60,377 nt of DNA from an uncultured Pseudomonadales bacterium (GTDB lineage: Bacteria; Patescibacteriota; Microgenomatia; UBA1400; PJMF01). Below are positions 44,729 through 53,937 of the stretch, in pieces; the first letter of the stretch is position 1; every line of letters begins with the position of its first letter. The notes under the pieces are model-generated. The model was given only the letters and a program-made list of their open reading frames with translations, was not told the DNA's origin and ran no database searches. The position numbers and the translations under genes were made by a program. Location of the stretch: the NCBI GenBank assembly GCA_964570365.1, contig CAZMXT010000005.1, positions 1 to 60,377 of the forward strand, read 5' to 3'.

Positions 44729-45616
44729 ATGCTTTATCAACAATTTGAACTAACTGTTGCTCACTATCCCACACTAGACTCGGTAATAAAAGCTGAGCTA
44801 TCAAATGCTGATATTGTACAGATTGACCAGCATATTTTTGAGGGGATTTATCACTCAGATCAGCTGAACTGGAAAGGTGATCTGACTTTTTTTGAGAAGC
44901 CAGAAGATTTTGTACGTTCAGAAAAAGAACGTAAAAAACTCAGCCAATCTCGTGATTTTTTCTTAGCCCAAGGGTACACGTTGGAGGTAAAAGAAGTTGA
45001 TGAAGCTGCCAGCCAAGCCTTTGCTCAGCTTTATAACCGGACTACCTTGAAAAAAAATCGAGCTATTGATTATGATGCTGAGTTATTAGTGAAACGGAAT
45101 GTTCGCAGCGGCACTCCAGTCTATCTTTTTGGCTTATATAAAGGACCTGAGTTGCTTTCTGGATTACTCGTCACAAAAGTGAAAGAGGATATGCGAGTCA
45201 TGTTTGGCGCTAAACTCAAATTTGATGAAGTTCGTGGTGGTATTGGAGGAGTTTTAGAAATGGAGCTACTGCGTTTTTGTTTTGAGCGCGGACTGAAAAG
45301 AATTAGTCACGGTATCTCCACCAATCCAGCAGGGTTTGTGGACAATGCTGGAATTTTTGAGTTTAAGAGCAGATATGGCTTCACCGCATTTCCGTATGGG
45401 GAGTGGCGCACTACTTTTGTCTTAAATCCCAAAGTTGCAATCAGCGACCTGGTCTTTCTCACTATTGTTGATAACGGGCTCTGCTATCAGGTACTCAGTT
45501 TGGAGCCTAAAAGTGATATAGCAAAGTATCGGACCCGCTTAGTCACAAATGTCCAACAACAAACTTTAGCTCACCATATCGAGCACTCACGAAGCTTCTT
45601 TCGACTACCATCATGA
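44729..45616 (+). CDS. Fem/GNAT-fold-like protein, copy 1
   Basis: FAQLYNRTTLKKNRAIDYD and GGIGGVLEMELLRFCFERGLKRISHG...GIFEFKSRYGF resemble FemAB/Acetyltransf_6-type proteins. It is clearly paralogous to the next gene. The assignment is tentative. Confidence 0.45.
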   Translation: MLYQQFELTVAHYPTLDSVIKAELSNADIVQIDQHIFEGIYHSDQLNWKGDLTFFEKPEDFVRSEKERKKLSQSRDFFLAQGYTLEVKEVDEAASQAFAQLYNRTTLKKNRAIDYDAELLVKRNVRSGTPVYLFGLYKGPELLSGLLVTKVKEDMRVMFGAKLKFDEVRGGIGGVLEMELLRFCFERGLKRISHGISTNPAGFVDNAGIFEFKSRYGFTAFPYGEWRTTFVLNPKVAISDLVFLTIVDNGLCYQVLSLEPKSDIAKYRTRLVTNVQQQTLAHHIEHSRSFFRLPS

Positions 45617-46380
45617 ACTTAGACTTACAACAGTGGCAACTTCGTCGTCCAGAGAAAATTCGCTGGCTCTACAACAGATCTGCACCAAATCTTTATGCCG
45701 CAATTAAAAGTCCTTCACTCAGGGCATTTCTACGACACACAGATGAGTACTTAGCTGCATATGAAATTACCTATGATGAGAAAGAGCTTACACAAGCTTC
45801 GTATAAAAATTGGTTAAAACACTATGCGAAAGTAATGATCGAAAAAAATTACGATGTGATTGCAAAACCTGAGTGGCTCAGCAAGAAGTGGGCGGAAGGA
45901 AAGGAAGTGAGGGGCTACTTCTATTACTATCAGGGAGAGTTACAGGGCTCACTTATCTATGCTAAAAAGGGGAATGAGCGAGTATATGCAGCTTACAAAA
46001 CCAGCCTCAAGATTCCAGAAATAAGCACCAAAAAACATGGCTCATTAGGAGCAATGATTGACCTTATCTTTCTAAGGGAGATGCTAGATCAACAGTTTCC
46101 CTGGATCTCTCACGGAAGTATGAGAAATGCTTTTGGGGTACTTAATACCTATGGAAATTTACGCTATAAACTAGATATGGGCTTTCAAGTTATTGCGGAA
46201 GCAGATACACCCTGGCTAAATTCGGTCCCACTTTCTCAAGAAAAAACTGTAGCTTTTTTTGGAGGCTCCCAGGAAAGTGATTCCCTAACTCTTTACGGTT
46301 ATTCTAAATCAGGAACTGGGCAACCAAACTGGGGAAGTGATACAATGGAAGTTACGCTCTTAGAGCAACCCAATGAGTGA
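45613..46380 (+). CDS. Fem/GNAT-fold-like protein, copy 2
   Basis: WLKHYAKVMIEKNYDVI and GSLGAMIDLIFLREMLDQQFPWISHG...GNLRYKLDMGF parallel copy 1. ATGA overlap with the upstream gene. Confidence 0.4.
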   Translation: MNLDLQQWQLRRPEKIRWLYNRSAPNLYAAIKSPSLRAFLRHTDEYLAAYEITYDEKELTQASYKNWLKHYAKVMIEKNYDVIAKPEWLSKKWAEGKEVRGYFYYYQGELQGSLIYAKKGNERVYAAYKTSLKIPEISTKKHGSLGAMIDLIFLREMLDQQFPWISHGSMRNAFGVLNTYGNLRYKLDMGFQVIAEADTPWLNSVPLSQEKTVAFFGGSQESDSLTLYGYSKSGTGQPNWGSDTMEVTLLEQPNE

Positions 46381-47575
46381 CGCTGATCCCTTTTATAGAC
46401 CTTCCGAAGAAATACTCCACAGCTATGCGGAGGTATTGGTGAAGTTTGCTTTAAACTCTGGAAAAGGCGTCCAGCCTGGGGAGGTAGTAGAGTGCATTTT
46501 TCCGGAAGTTGCTCAACCCCTGGCGCGAGAAGTTCACCGAATAATTCTGGAAGTTGGCGCTCATCCAATGATGCAGATGCAGTCACAATATTTTGAACAT
46601 GACTTCTATCAACTTAGTTCAGCAAAACAACTTGAATTTTTTCCTAAAGATTATTTGAAAGCAAAAGCTCAACTTATCTCACACGTTATTTACCTGATAG
46701 ATCCAGCCCATCGAGAACTACCCGCTGAAGTTCAGAATAATCTTTTAACCTTCCGTAAAAATAACCACCCCTACAAAGAATGGCTTTCAGTCAAAGAACT
46801 GGAAGAAAAATTTTCTTGGACAGTTGGAATTTGGGGAACAGAGGAAGCAGCTGAGCAGGCGCACATCTCATTGCAAAAGTACTGGGAAGAACTGATCATT
46901 GGGTGTTGCTTAGATACACCAGATCCGGTTGGAGTCTGGAGAGAAACTTTTCAGCAGCTTCACCAAACCTGTAAAGCTTTAGACGACCTAAAAATTGAGA
47001 GGTTGCATTTTTCTGGTGCGGACGTCAATCTAGTAGTCGAGTTAGGGAGTCACCGTCGATGGCTTGGTGGACGAGGCCGAAATATTCCTAGTTACGAAGT
47101 TTTTACTTCACCTGACTGGCGAAGTACTTCTGGCTGGGTACGTTCTAACCAAGATTTATATTATTACGGAGCAACGATCAAAGGCGCTGAATTTTACTTT
47201 ACAGATGGAGTCGTACAAGAAGCTTCCGCTGAAGTTGGGGGACATACTTTAGAAGTTCTGATTCAGAATCCTGGGATGAATAAGATTGGAGAGATTTCCA
47301 TGACAGATAAAAGAATTTCTCGCGTCCAACATGCTCTGGGGGTTACGCTATTTGATGAAAATATTGGAGGAGATTTTGGCAACTTTCACTTTGCATTAGG
47401 GAAAAGCTTTCCAGCCGCATACACAGGAAAATCTTTAGATGAACTGAGTGAGCTAGGCTTCAACCAAAGCGCACTCCACATGGATTTTGTCTCCACTTCT
47501 GATCGCGTCGTGACAGCCACATTACGAGATCAAACCAAAAAAATTATTTATCAGAATGGGATGTTTACTGTATGA
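46373..47575 (+). CDS. M29 (AmpS/PepS-type) aminopeptidase
   Basis: The N-terminus (LHSYAEVLVKFALNSGKGVQPGEVV) and the C-terminal GEISMTD...LFDENIGGDFGNFHFALG are typical of thermophilic-metalloprotease M29 aminopeptidases. Confidence 0.8.
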   Translation: MSDADPFYRPSEEILHSYAEVLVKFALNSGKGVQPGEVVECIFPEVAQPLAREVHRIILEVGAHPMMQMQSQYFEHDFYQLSSAKQLEFFPKDYLKAKAQLISHVIYLIDPAHRELPAEVQNNLLTFRKNNHPYKEWLSVKELEEKFSWTVGIWGTEEAAEQAHISLQKYWEELIIGCCLDTPDPVGVWRETFQQLHQTCKALDDLKIERLHFSGADVNLVVELGSHRRWLGGRGRNIPSYEVFTSPDWRSTSGWVRSNQDLYYYGATIKGAEFYFTDGVVQEASAEVGGHTLEVLIQNPGMNKIGEISMTDKRISRVQHALGVTLFDENIGGDFGNFHFALGKSFPAAYTGKSLDELSELGFNQSALHMDFVSTSDRVVTATLRDQTKKIIYQNGMFTV

Positions 47576-48675
47576 CAAATACTGATGCTTTGGACCTTCA
47601 CTACACAAAATTGAGCCCAAGGGGTGAAGTTGAAGGTTCATATATTACTCCCAGCACTCAACTTATTTTAAAGGCAGCTGAAGCATTGGGAGTCCGGTGG
47701 CGAGAGATTCCTGGAACGAGAATTTTTGAGTTGCAGTACAACGGTACGAACAAACTTTTTCGCTACCAGATATCGATTAACACAACAGATATAGGCTTCT
47801 ATACTTGCTTAGATAAAAGCGTCACTAATACTATATTAAAAGCAAATGAGATCTCGGTTCCCAATGGTTTTCACCTAGAAAAAACTGACACTGAAGAGTA
47901 CTGGCTAGAAGCGTTTCATAGTCTTACTAAGCCAACTGTGATTAAGCCAACTCATGGGAATAAAGGAATTGGCATCAGTGTTGGCGTCACAGAAGAGGCA
48001 GATTTTTTAGAGCGTGTTCGGGCAGCTTTTGCACTTTTTGAAAACGATTCGGAAGCAGGCGTAATCATAGAAGAACAATGCCAAGGGGAAGAGTTTCGCG
48101 TCATCGCTACTAAAGGAAAAGTGCTCGGAGTGCTTCAAAGAATTCCTGCGAATGTTGTAGGCGACGGAATTCATACAATTCAAGAATTGATTGCTGAAAA
48201 AAATACTCATCCATATCGAAATATTTTCGAGTCAAAGTTGTACCCTAAAATTAAAGCAGATGCCTTAACAGAAGAAATGCTACGTGAGCAGGGACTGAGT
48301 TTAATGAGCATTCTTGAGAAGAATTATCAAGTATTTCTACGGAAAGTTTCCAACATTTCGCAAGGTGGAGACTCAGTTGACTTGACTTCGCAAATTCACC
48401 CTACATTCGCTGAAGTGGCCAATAAAGTAGCAAATAGTCTTCCTGGTATTGACTTCATGGGTATTGATATTATGACCGCAGACATTCGCCAATCTGTTGA
48501 GCGATCTCCCTATCATGTGATAGAAGTAAATTCCTCACCAGGCTTTGATATCCACGAATTTCCAATGACTGGCAAACGGCAATTTATTGCGTTAGAATTT
48601 GTGCTACTAGCCTTTCCTGAGCTTCGACCGCGCTTAGCTACTATGACTACTGAACAACTAGAAAATCTCTATTAA
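47572..48675 (+). CDS. cyanophycin-synthetase G-domain-like ATP-grasp ligase, paralogue 2
   Basis: VIKPTHGNKGIGISVG, VVGDGIHTIQELIAEKNTHPYRN, NISQGGDSVDLTSQI, VIEVNSSPGFDIHEFP. ATGA overlap with the M29 gene. Confidence 0.8.
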   Translation: MTNTDALDLHYTKLSPRGEVEGSYITPSTQLILKAAEALGVRWREIPGTRIFELQYNGTNKLFRYQISINTTDIGFYTCLDKSVTNTILKANEISVPNGFHLEKTDTEEYWLEAFHSLTKPTVIKPTHGNKGIGISVGVTEEADFLERVRAAFALFENDSEAGVIIEEQCQGEEFRVIATKGKVLGVLQRIPANVVGDGIHTIQELIAEKNTHPYRNIFESKLYPKIKADALTEEMLREQGLSLMSILEKNYQVFLRKVSNISQGGDSVDLTSQIHPTFAEVANKVANSLPGIDFMGIDIMTADIRQSVERSPYHVIEVNSSPGFDIHEFPMTGKRQFIALEFVLLAFPELRPRLATMTTEQLENLY

Positions 48676-48699
48676 ATAAGTACCCTAAAAAAAATATCT

Positions 48700-49764
48700 G
48701 TGCAAAGAAAATACTACACACGTCAAACCGTTCGCGGGCCTCAATCAGATGAAGTTATGGGTGGAAGTGCCATCCTGACTTTACATGAAGCAGAGAAGTA
48801 CGGGATGACCACCGAAGAGATCCCAGATACCAAAATTTTTAAGATTACCTACAAAGATCAAGCTCAGTATTTTCGCGCCCAAAACCCTGCACAGACAACT
48901 GGCATTGCGTTTCAAGCATCAACCGATAAAAACATGGGGAGAAGCTTGCTAAAAAGAGCCGGCATCTCCATTTCTGAAGGATTCACGATTAAGAAAAGCG
49001 ATCCCGTGGAGTATTGGCTAGAAGTCTTTGCTGCTTTACAGAAGCCACTCGTAGTCAAACCTACGAATGGCACCCAAGGGCAGTCTGTTTTTATGAACGT
49101 GGCGGAAGAAGGTGCGTTTCGCACCGCGGTCAGAGTCTGTCTTCAGCATACGCTCCACATTTCAGCAGGAGCTGTCGTGGAAGAGATGTTTCAAGGCCAA
49201 GAATATCGTATCCTAGCGTCAGCAGCGAAAATTATTGGCGTCATTAATAGACGCCCAGCAAATGTGGTCGGAGATGGAACTTCAACCATCACCCAACTTA
49301 TTGAACAAAAAAACAGTGATCCTCGCCGTGGTGATGACCCCAACGACGTTTTAGTAAAAATTAAAGTTGATAATCACGTCACTTCACATATTGAAAGTCA
49401 AGGTTTGACACTGGAGTCTATCCCAGAAAAAGATCTGCGGGTCTTTTTGCGGCTCAACTCCAATATCTCAACAGGAGGAGACAGCCTGGATGTTACCGAT
49501 CAAGTTCATCCGACTGTAATTGAAGTTGCGCAGCGAGCAATGGCAGCTTTTCCAGGGCTAGCATTTGCCGGCATCGACTTCATGACCAAAGATATCACTG
49601 CGCCCCAAACCCCCGACTCATATGTGATCGTAGAAGTGAATGACTCACCTGGCTACTCAATTCATGATCAACCATACGAAGGCAAGAACAGACATGGCGC
49701 CTATGAGTTTTTATGCGTAATCTTTCCACAGCTGAGAAATGATTTCCCCCAACCATTGGAGTAG
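48700..49764 (+). CDS. cyanophycin-synthetase G-domain-like ATP-grasp ligase, paralogue 3
   Basis: VVKPTNGTQGQSVFMN, VVGDGTSTITQLIEQKNSDPRRG, NISTGGDSLDVTDQV, IVEVNDSPGYSIHDQP. The GTG start is inferred from colinearity with paralogue 2, so the start is uncertain. Confidence 0.78.
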   Translation: MQRKYYTRQTVRGPQSDEVMGGSAILTLHEAEKYGMTTEEIPDTKIFKITYKDQAQYFRAQNPAQTTGIAFQASTDKNMGRSLLKRAGISISEGFTIKKSDPVEYWLEVFAALQKPLVVKPTNGTQGQSVFMNVAEEGAFRTAVRVCLQHTLHISAGAVVEEMFQGQEYRILASAAKIIGVINRRPANVVGDGTSTITQLIEQKNSDPRRGDDPNDVLVKIKVDNHVTSHIESQGLTLESIPEKDLRVFLRLNSNISTGGDSLDVTDQVHPTVIEVAQRAMAAFPGLAFAGIDFMTKDITAPQTPDSYVIVEVNDSPGYSIHDQPYEGKNRHGAYEFLCVIFPQLRNDFPQPLE

Positions 49765-49790
49765 TTTGTCCCTCAAGGTACAATACAAGA

Positions 49791-50954
49791 ATGTTACTTC
49801 AAGGTAAAAGGGTTTCCGTCTCAGGCAAGCGCGTCGCGCTTGGCATGTCTGGTGGAGTAGACTCTTCTGTTTCTGCGCATTTATTGGTAGAAGATGGCTA
49901 CGAAGTGACAGGCGTTTACCTCGAGTGTTGGCGAGCTCCAGGATGCCGGACTGAGGAAGATCGCAAGGATGCACTAGATATCTGCCTCCAACTTGGCATT
50001 CCTTTTACCGTGCTCGATTTTAAGCAAAAGTACAAAGAGACAGTCGTCGAGTATTTTTTTCGCGAGTACGAGCAAGGCAAAACTCCAAACCCCGATGTGC
50101 TGTGCAATAAAGAGATTAAGTTTGGACTCTTCTATGATTGGGCAATGGAGAATAATTTTGAGCATGTCGCTACCGGGCATTATGCCCAAGTTCTAGAGAG
50201 CAGAGAAGCACCTGGCCAAAAAGTCCTTCTTACCAGCCAGGACGAGCATAAAGATCAAACGTACTTCTTATATCGGTTACGCCGAGAACAACTTGAGCAT
50301 ATTTTATTTCCAATTGGACACTTAGAAAAAAGCCGGGTTCGCCAGATGGCGGTGGAGCGAAATCTAGCGGTGGCTTCAAAAAAGGATTCTGTCGGCATCT
50401 GCTTTATTGGAGACATTAACGTTCATAATTTCCTCAAAGAGCGACTGGGCGAAAAACCTGGTCCTGTCATAGATACCAAAGGAACGGTAATTGGGGAACA
50501 TAATGGCCTTTGGTTCTTTACCGTCGGTCAACGTCACGGATTCAGTATTTTCCCCAAGAGCATGGTCAAAAAGGCCGATGGGAGTGAGATCGATCGCCAG
50601 AATATTCCACCATTTTATGTGATTCGTAAAAATGCCTCGAAAAATGAGCTGGTGGTGGGGTTTGGGAAAGAAACGTTCCAGACTGAGTTTGATCTTAGCG
50701 ATATTCACTGGATCTATGAGGCACCAAAAGAGGGAGAAAGTGTACTGGTGCGGATTCGACATACTGGAAAACTGCTTGGGTGCCAGCGTAGTTCTGAAGG
50801 AGTGCCAAACGGCAAGACAGTTGTGAAGCTTATCGAGCCCACACAAGGTATTGCAGAAGGCCAATCCGCTGTTTTTTATCGAGAGTACTCTCACTCAGGG
50901 GCTATCCCACTGTACGAGTGCTTAGGTGGGGGAGTAATTGGTTTTGATTCTTAG
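49791..50954 (+). CDS. mnmA: tRNA 2-thiouridine(34) synthase
   Basis: PP-loop ALGMSGGVDSSVSA, CNKEIKFG, ATGHYA, KDQTYFL. TACAAT lies 6 nt upstream of the ATG. Confidence 0.92.
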   Translation: MLLQGKRVSVSGKRVALGMSGGVDSSVSAHLLVEDGYEVTGVYLECWRAPGCRTEEDRKDALDICLQLGIPFTVLDFKQKYKETVVEYFFREYEQGKTPNPDVLCNKEIKFGLFYDWAMENNFEHVATGHYAQVLESREAPGQKVLLTSQDEHKDQTYFLYRLRREQLEHILFPIGHLEKSRVRQMAVERNLAVASKKDSVGICFIGDINVHNFLKERLGEKPGPVIDTKGTVIGEHNGLWFFTVGQRHGFSIFPKSMVKKADGSEIDRQNIPPFYVIRKNASKNELVVGFGKETFQTEFDLSDIHWIYEAPKEGESVLVRIRHTGKLLGCQRSSEGVPNGKTVVKLIEPTQGIAEGQSAVFYREYSHSGAIPLYECLGGGVIGFDS

Positions 50955-50995
50955 AGTGAACTCCTTGTATCATCAGAAAACTGAGAGGGCAGTCT

Positions 50996-51704
<709 letters not shown>

Positions 51705-51739
51705 ATTTTTTTCAATAACTAAAACTAATATTCTCGAGT

Positions 51740-51809
51740 GTGGAGGTGACGAGAATCGAACTCCCGCTCCAAACTTCGCGGATTTAGAGCTGAGCACCAG
51801 CAGCACCCC
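51740..51809 (-). tRNA. non-canonical tRNA-like gene (possible tRNA-Arg GCG or tRNA pseudogene)
   Basis: The reverse complement is GGGGGTGCTGCTGGTGCTCAGCTCTAAATCCGCGAAGTTTGGAGCGGGAGTTCGATTCTCGTCACCTCCA. The acceptor stem pairs (GGGGGTG/CACCTCC with one G-U) and the T-loop is TTCGATT. However, the T-stem has a mismatch, the D-arm is short, the anticodon stem is over-long, and the 7-nt loop CCGCGAA has C at position 33. It is only 70 nt long. Confidence 0.45.
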
Positions 51810-51921
51810 CACACTACGTCAAGGGTACGTCATAGTCATTACAAAGAGAGTACATTTCGAATCACCTCCTCCTCTTGCTAAATCCCATAATTATTCATAT
51901 AATTTCTATTGCTTAATAGTA

Positions 51922-53184
51922 ATGAAGGTATCAATTATGATAAAACTGCGCAGTACCTTGCTTTCATCAGCTTTCTTCCTCTTTCTGCTTTCTTTAACTG
52001 TAAGTCACGTCACATCTGACTTAACTTTAGTCCCTCAGGCTCACGCCCAATCCAGCTCCACCTGCCAGTCTCAACAGCCAGTAAACACGCAGTTCCGCTT
52101 TAGCGGCAATGGCCCTTGGGTCAGTGGTAACGACCTGACTAATCAGCGTCCAACCGTGGGTCAGCAGATTGATGTTAATTGTTTTGCCAAGAATGGCACT
52201 GCTCTTTTAGAAGGTGGTTATATTGATGTCATTTTTAATGGTGGTACATATCGAGTGTCCAATACCGCTGAACTGCGCAATGCAACGCTCCAAAATCCAG
52301 GCTCATATCACTTTACCTGTCGCTCTGCGAGTATTACTTCCTGCGAGGATAGTGACGCAATTACTGTCTACTCTGCCGTCACTTTGCCAACTCCAACCCC
52401 TCGGCCAACTCCTACGCCAATCCCAACCCCGTTGCCAACTCCGCAGCCAACAGTGATTTCTACGCCAACACCCACCCCAACACCCCAAAACCCTCACTAC
52501 AGTACTTGCGACAGTCTCCAGGTCATCAGTGGCAACGACAGCTTAGTCCCCGCTAAAGTGACCTTCCGCGCTCGCGGCTCAGATAATAAGGGCGGCATTC
52601 AACGTTACCGCTACTACTTTGGTGACGGCGAGCAGCAAGATACTGACCAAGCTGAAGTAACTCATGAGTACAAGAGCTCTGGAACTTTTATTGCTCGTGC
52701 TGATATTAAAGATAGCCAAGGTAACTACAAAACCAGCTCAGCGTGTGAAGCTACCGTCCGGGTCAAGCCATCGAGTATTGAGTCGTTCCGGTCCGCCTGT
52801 TCCGACATTTTTATTTCCGCTGACAACAATGGCAAAGCCCCTTCAACCGTCAAGTATGATGTGACTGGATTTGACAACAAGGGCAGTATTCAGGGCTATC
52901 GAATGGATTTCGGCAATGGGGTGGTCAAAGACGGAGCCGGTCGAAGTTTTGAGCAGCGCTACGATACCTCTGGTACCTATGAAGTGCGTGCCTATATCAA
53001 GAACAGTAACGGTGAGTATGTAGGTGGAACTGACAGCTGCAAACGCCTGGTAACAATTGGCTCTAGTGAGCCTCTGCGCAGCCAACCATCTACTGGAACT
53101 CCTACCTTGTTGCCGTTACTTGGTCTGGGAAGTGGAGTAGTGGGTTCGGTGCTCCGCTTCATCAAAAAAGACCGCCTGGTGTAG
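51922..53184 (+). CDS. secreted surface protein with two PKD-like domains, a Pro/Thr linker and a C-terminal sortase-type sorting signal
   Basis: Signal peptide and a PTPTPRPTPTPIPTPLPTPQP linker. There are two homologous modules (RYRYYFGDGEQQD...HEYKSSGTFIARADIKDSQGN and GYRMDFGNGVVKD...QRYDTSGTYEVRAYIKNSNGE). The C-terminus is QPSTG, then a hydrophobic helix, then KKDR. An alternative ATG lies at 51937. Confidence 0.7.
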   Translation: MKVSIMIKLRSTLLSSAFFLFLLSLTVSHVTSDLTLVPQAHAQSSSTCQSQQPVNTQFRFSGNGPWVSGNDLTNQRPTVGQQIDVNCFAKNGTALLEGGYIDVIFNGGTYRVSNTAELRNATLQNPGSYHFTCRSASITSCEDSDAITVYSAVTLPTPTPRPTPTPIPTPLPTPQPTVISTPTPTPTPQNPHYSTCDSLQVISGNDSLVPAKVTFRARGSDNKGGIQRYRYYFGDGEQQDTDQAEVTHEYKSSGTFIARADIKDSQGNYKTSSACEATVRVKPSSIESFRSACSDIFISADNNGKAPSTVKYDVTGFDNKGSIQGYRMDFGNGVVKDGAGRSFEQRYDTSGTYEVRAYIKNSNGEYVGGTDSCKRLVTIGSSEPLRSQPSTGTPTLLPLLGLGSGVVGSVLRFIKKDRLV

Positions 53185-53193
53185 ACTGATATC

Positions 53194-53880
53194 ATGGAAC
53201 TTTTCTCAACAGTGCCTGAAGTAAAGAAACAGCTCAAGCACGCTGACCAATTCCTGCGTAACCCCATAGTCCTTTCTGGTCTCTCAATATTTTTTCTGTT
53301 ATTTTTTGTGATTTCGATGATCTTGACCTACGGCCCAGTCGTGCGCGTGGAAGCCCAGTATCGCTACAATAAAGTCCTTCGAGAGGTCTTTCATGTCACC
53401 GATCTGCGCTCACTGATTCTGCCCAACATTAACTTCGAGATTATTACGGCCAAGAACCGCGGCTTTGGCATGGAGATTCCAGCTCTGTATCTGGACGAGC
53501 CAATTATCTTCAATGTCGACCCTCATGATAAAAATGTCTATCAAGCTGCCCTCAAAAAGGGGATTGCCCACGCGGCTGGGACCGAGCTGCCAGGATATAG
53601 CGGCTTGGGGTATTATTTTGCCCACTCGTCAGAACCAGATCTGCGGAACCAATACAATGCAGTTTTTTACTTACTAGGAAAGCTACAGCCAGGGAATGAG
53701 ATTTTTATCTGGCGAGATCAGCTGAAGTACAACTACGTGGTCACTGAGACGCAGATTACTGCTCCTACAGACCTTAGCTTCCTCGAGAGAGAATACGAGC
53801 GACCTACGATCGTGTTGCAAACATGCTGGCCACCTGGGACGACACAGAAGCGGATGTTGGTGTTTGCGGAGCAACGATAA
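53194..53880 (+). CDS. sortase family transpeptidase
   Basis: N-terminal TM anchor, a His in YYFAHSS, the catalytic Cys in TIVLQTCWPPG, and a downstream Arg (KRMLVFA). Confidence 0.8.
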   Translation: MELFSTVPEVKKQLKHADQFLRNPIVLSGLSIFFLLFFVISMILTYGPVVRVEAQYRYNKVLREVFHVTDLRSLILPNINFEIITAKNRGFGMEIPALYLDEPIIFNVDPHDKNVYQAALKKGIAHAAGTELPGYSGLGYYFAHSSEPDLRNQYNAVFYLLGKLQPGNEIFIWRDQLKYNYVVTETQITAPTDLSFLEREYERPTIVLQTCWPPGTTQKRMLVFAEQR

Positions 53881-53937
53881 AAAGTTTCAAGTTTAAGACA
53901 ACCAAAGTTTTACTTCCAAACGAAAAATTTTTCATAA

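Noticed and set aside
52380-52500. Repetitive CCAAC/CCNAC-rich DNA that might be a tandem repeat or CRISPR-like array
   Set aside because: It is in frame within the surface protein and encodes a Pro/Thr linker (PTPTPRPTPTPIPTPLPTPQP). There is no repeat-spacer periodicity. I saw no CRISPR array anywhere in the window.
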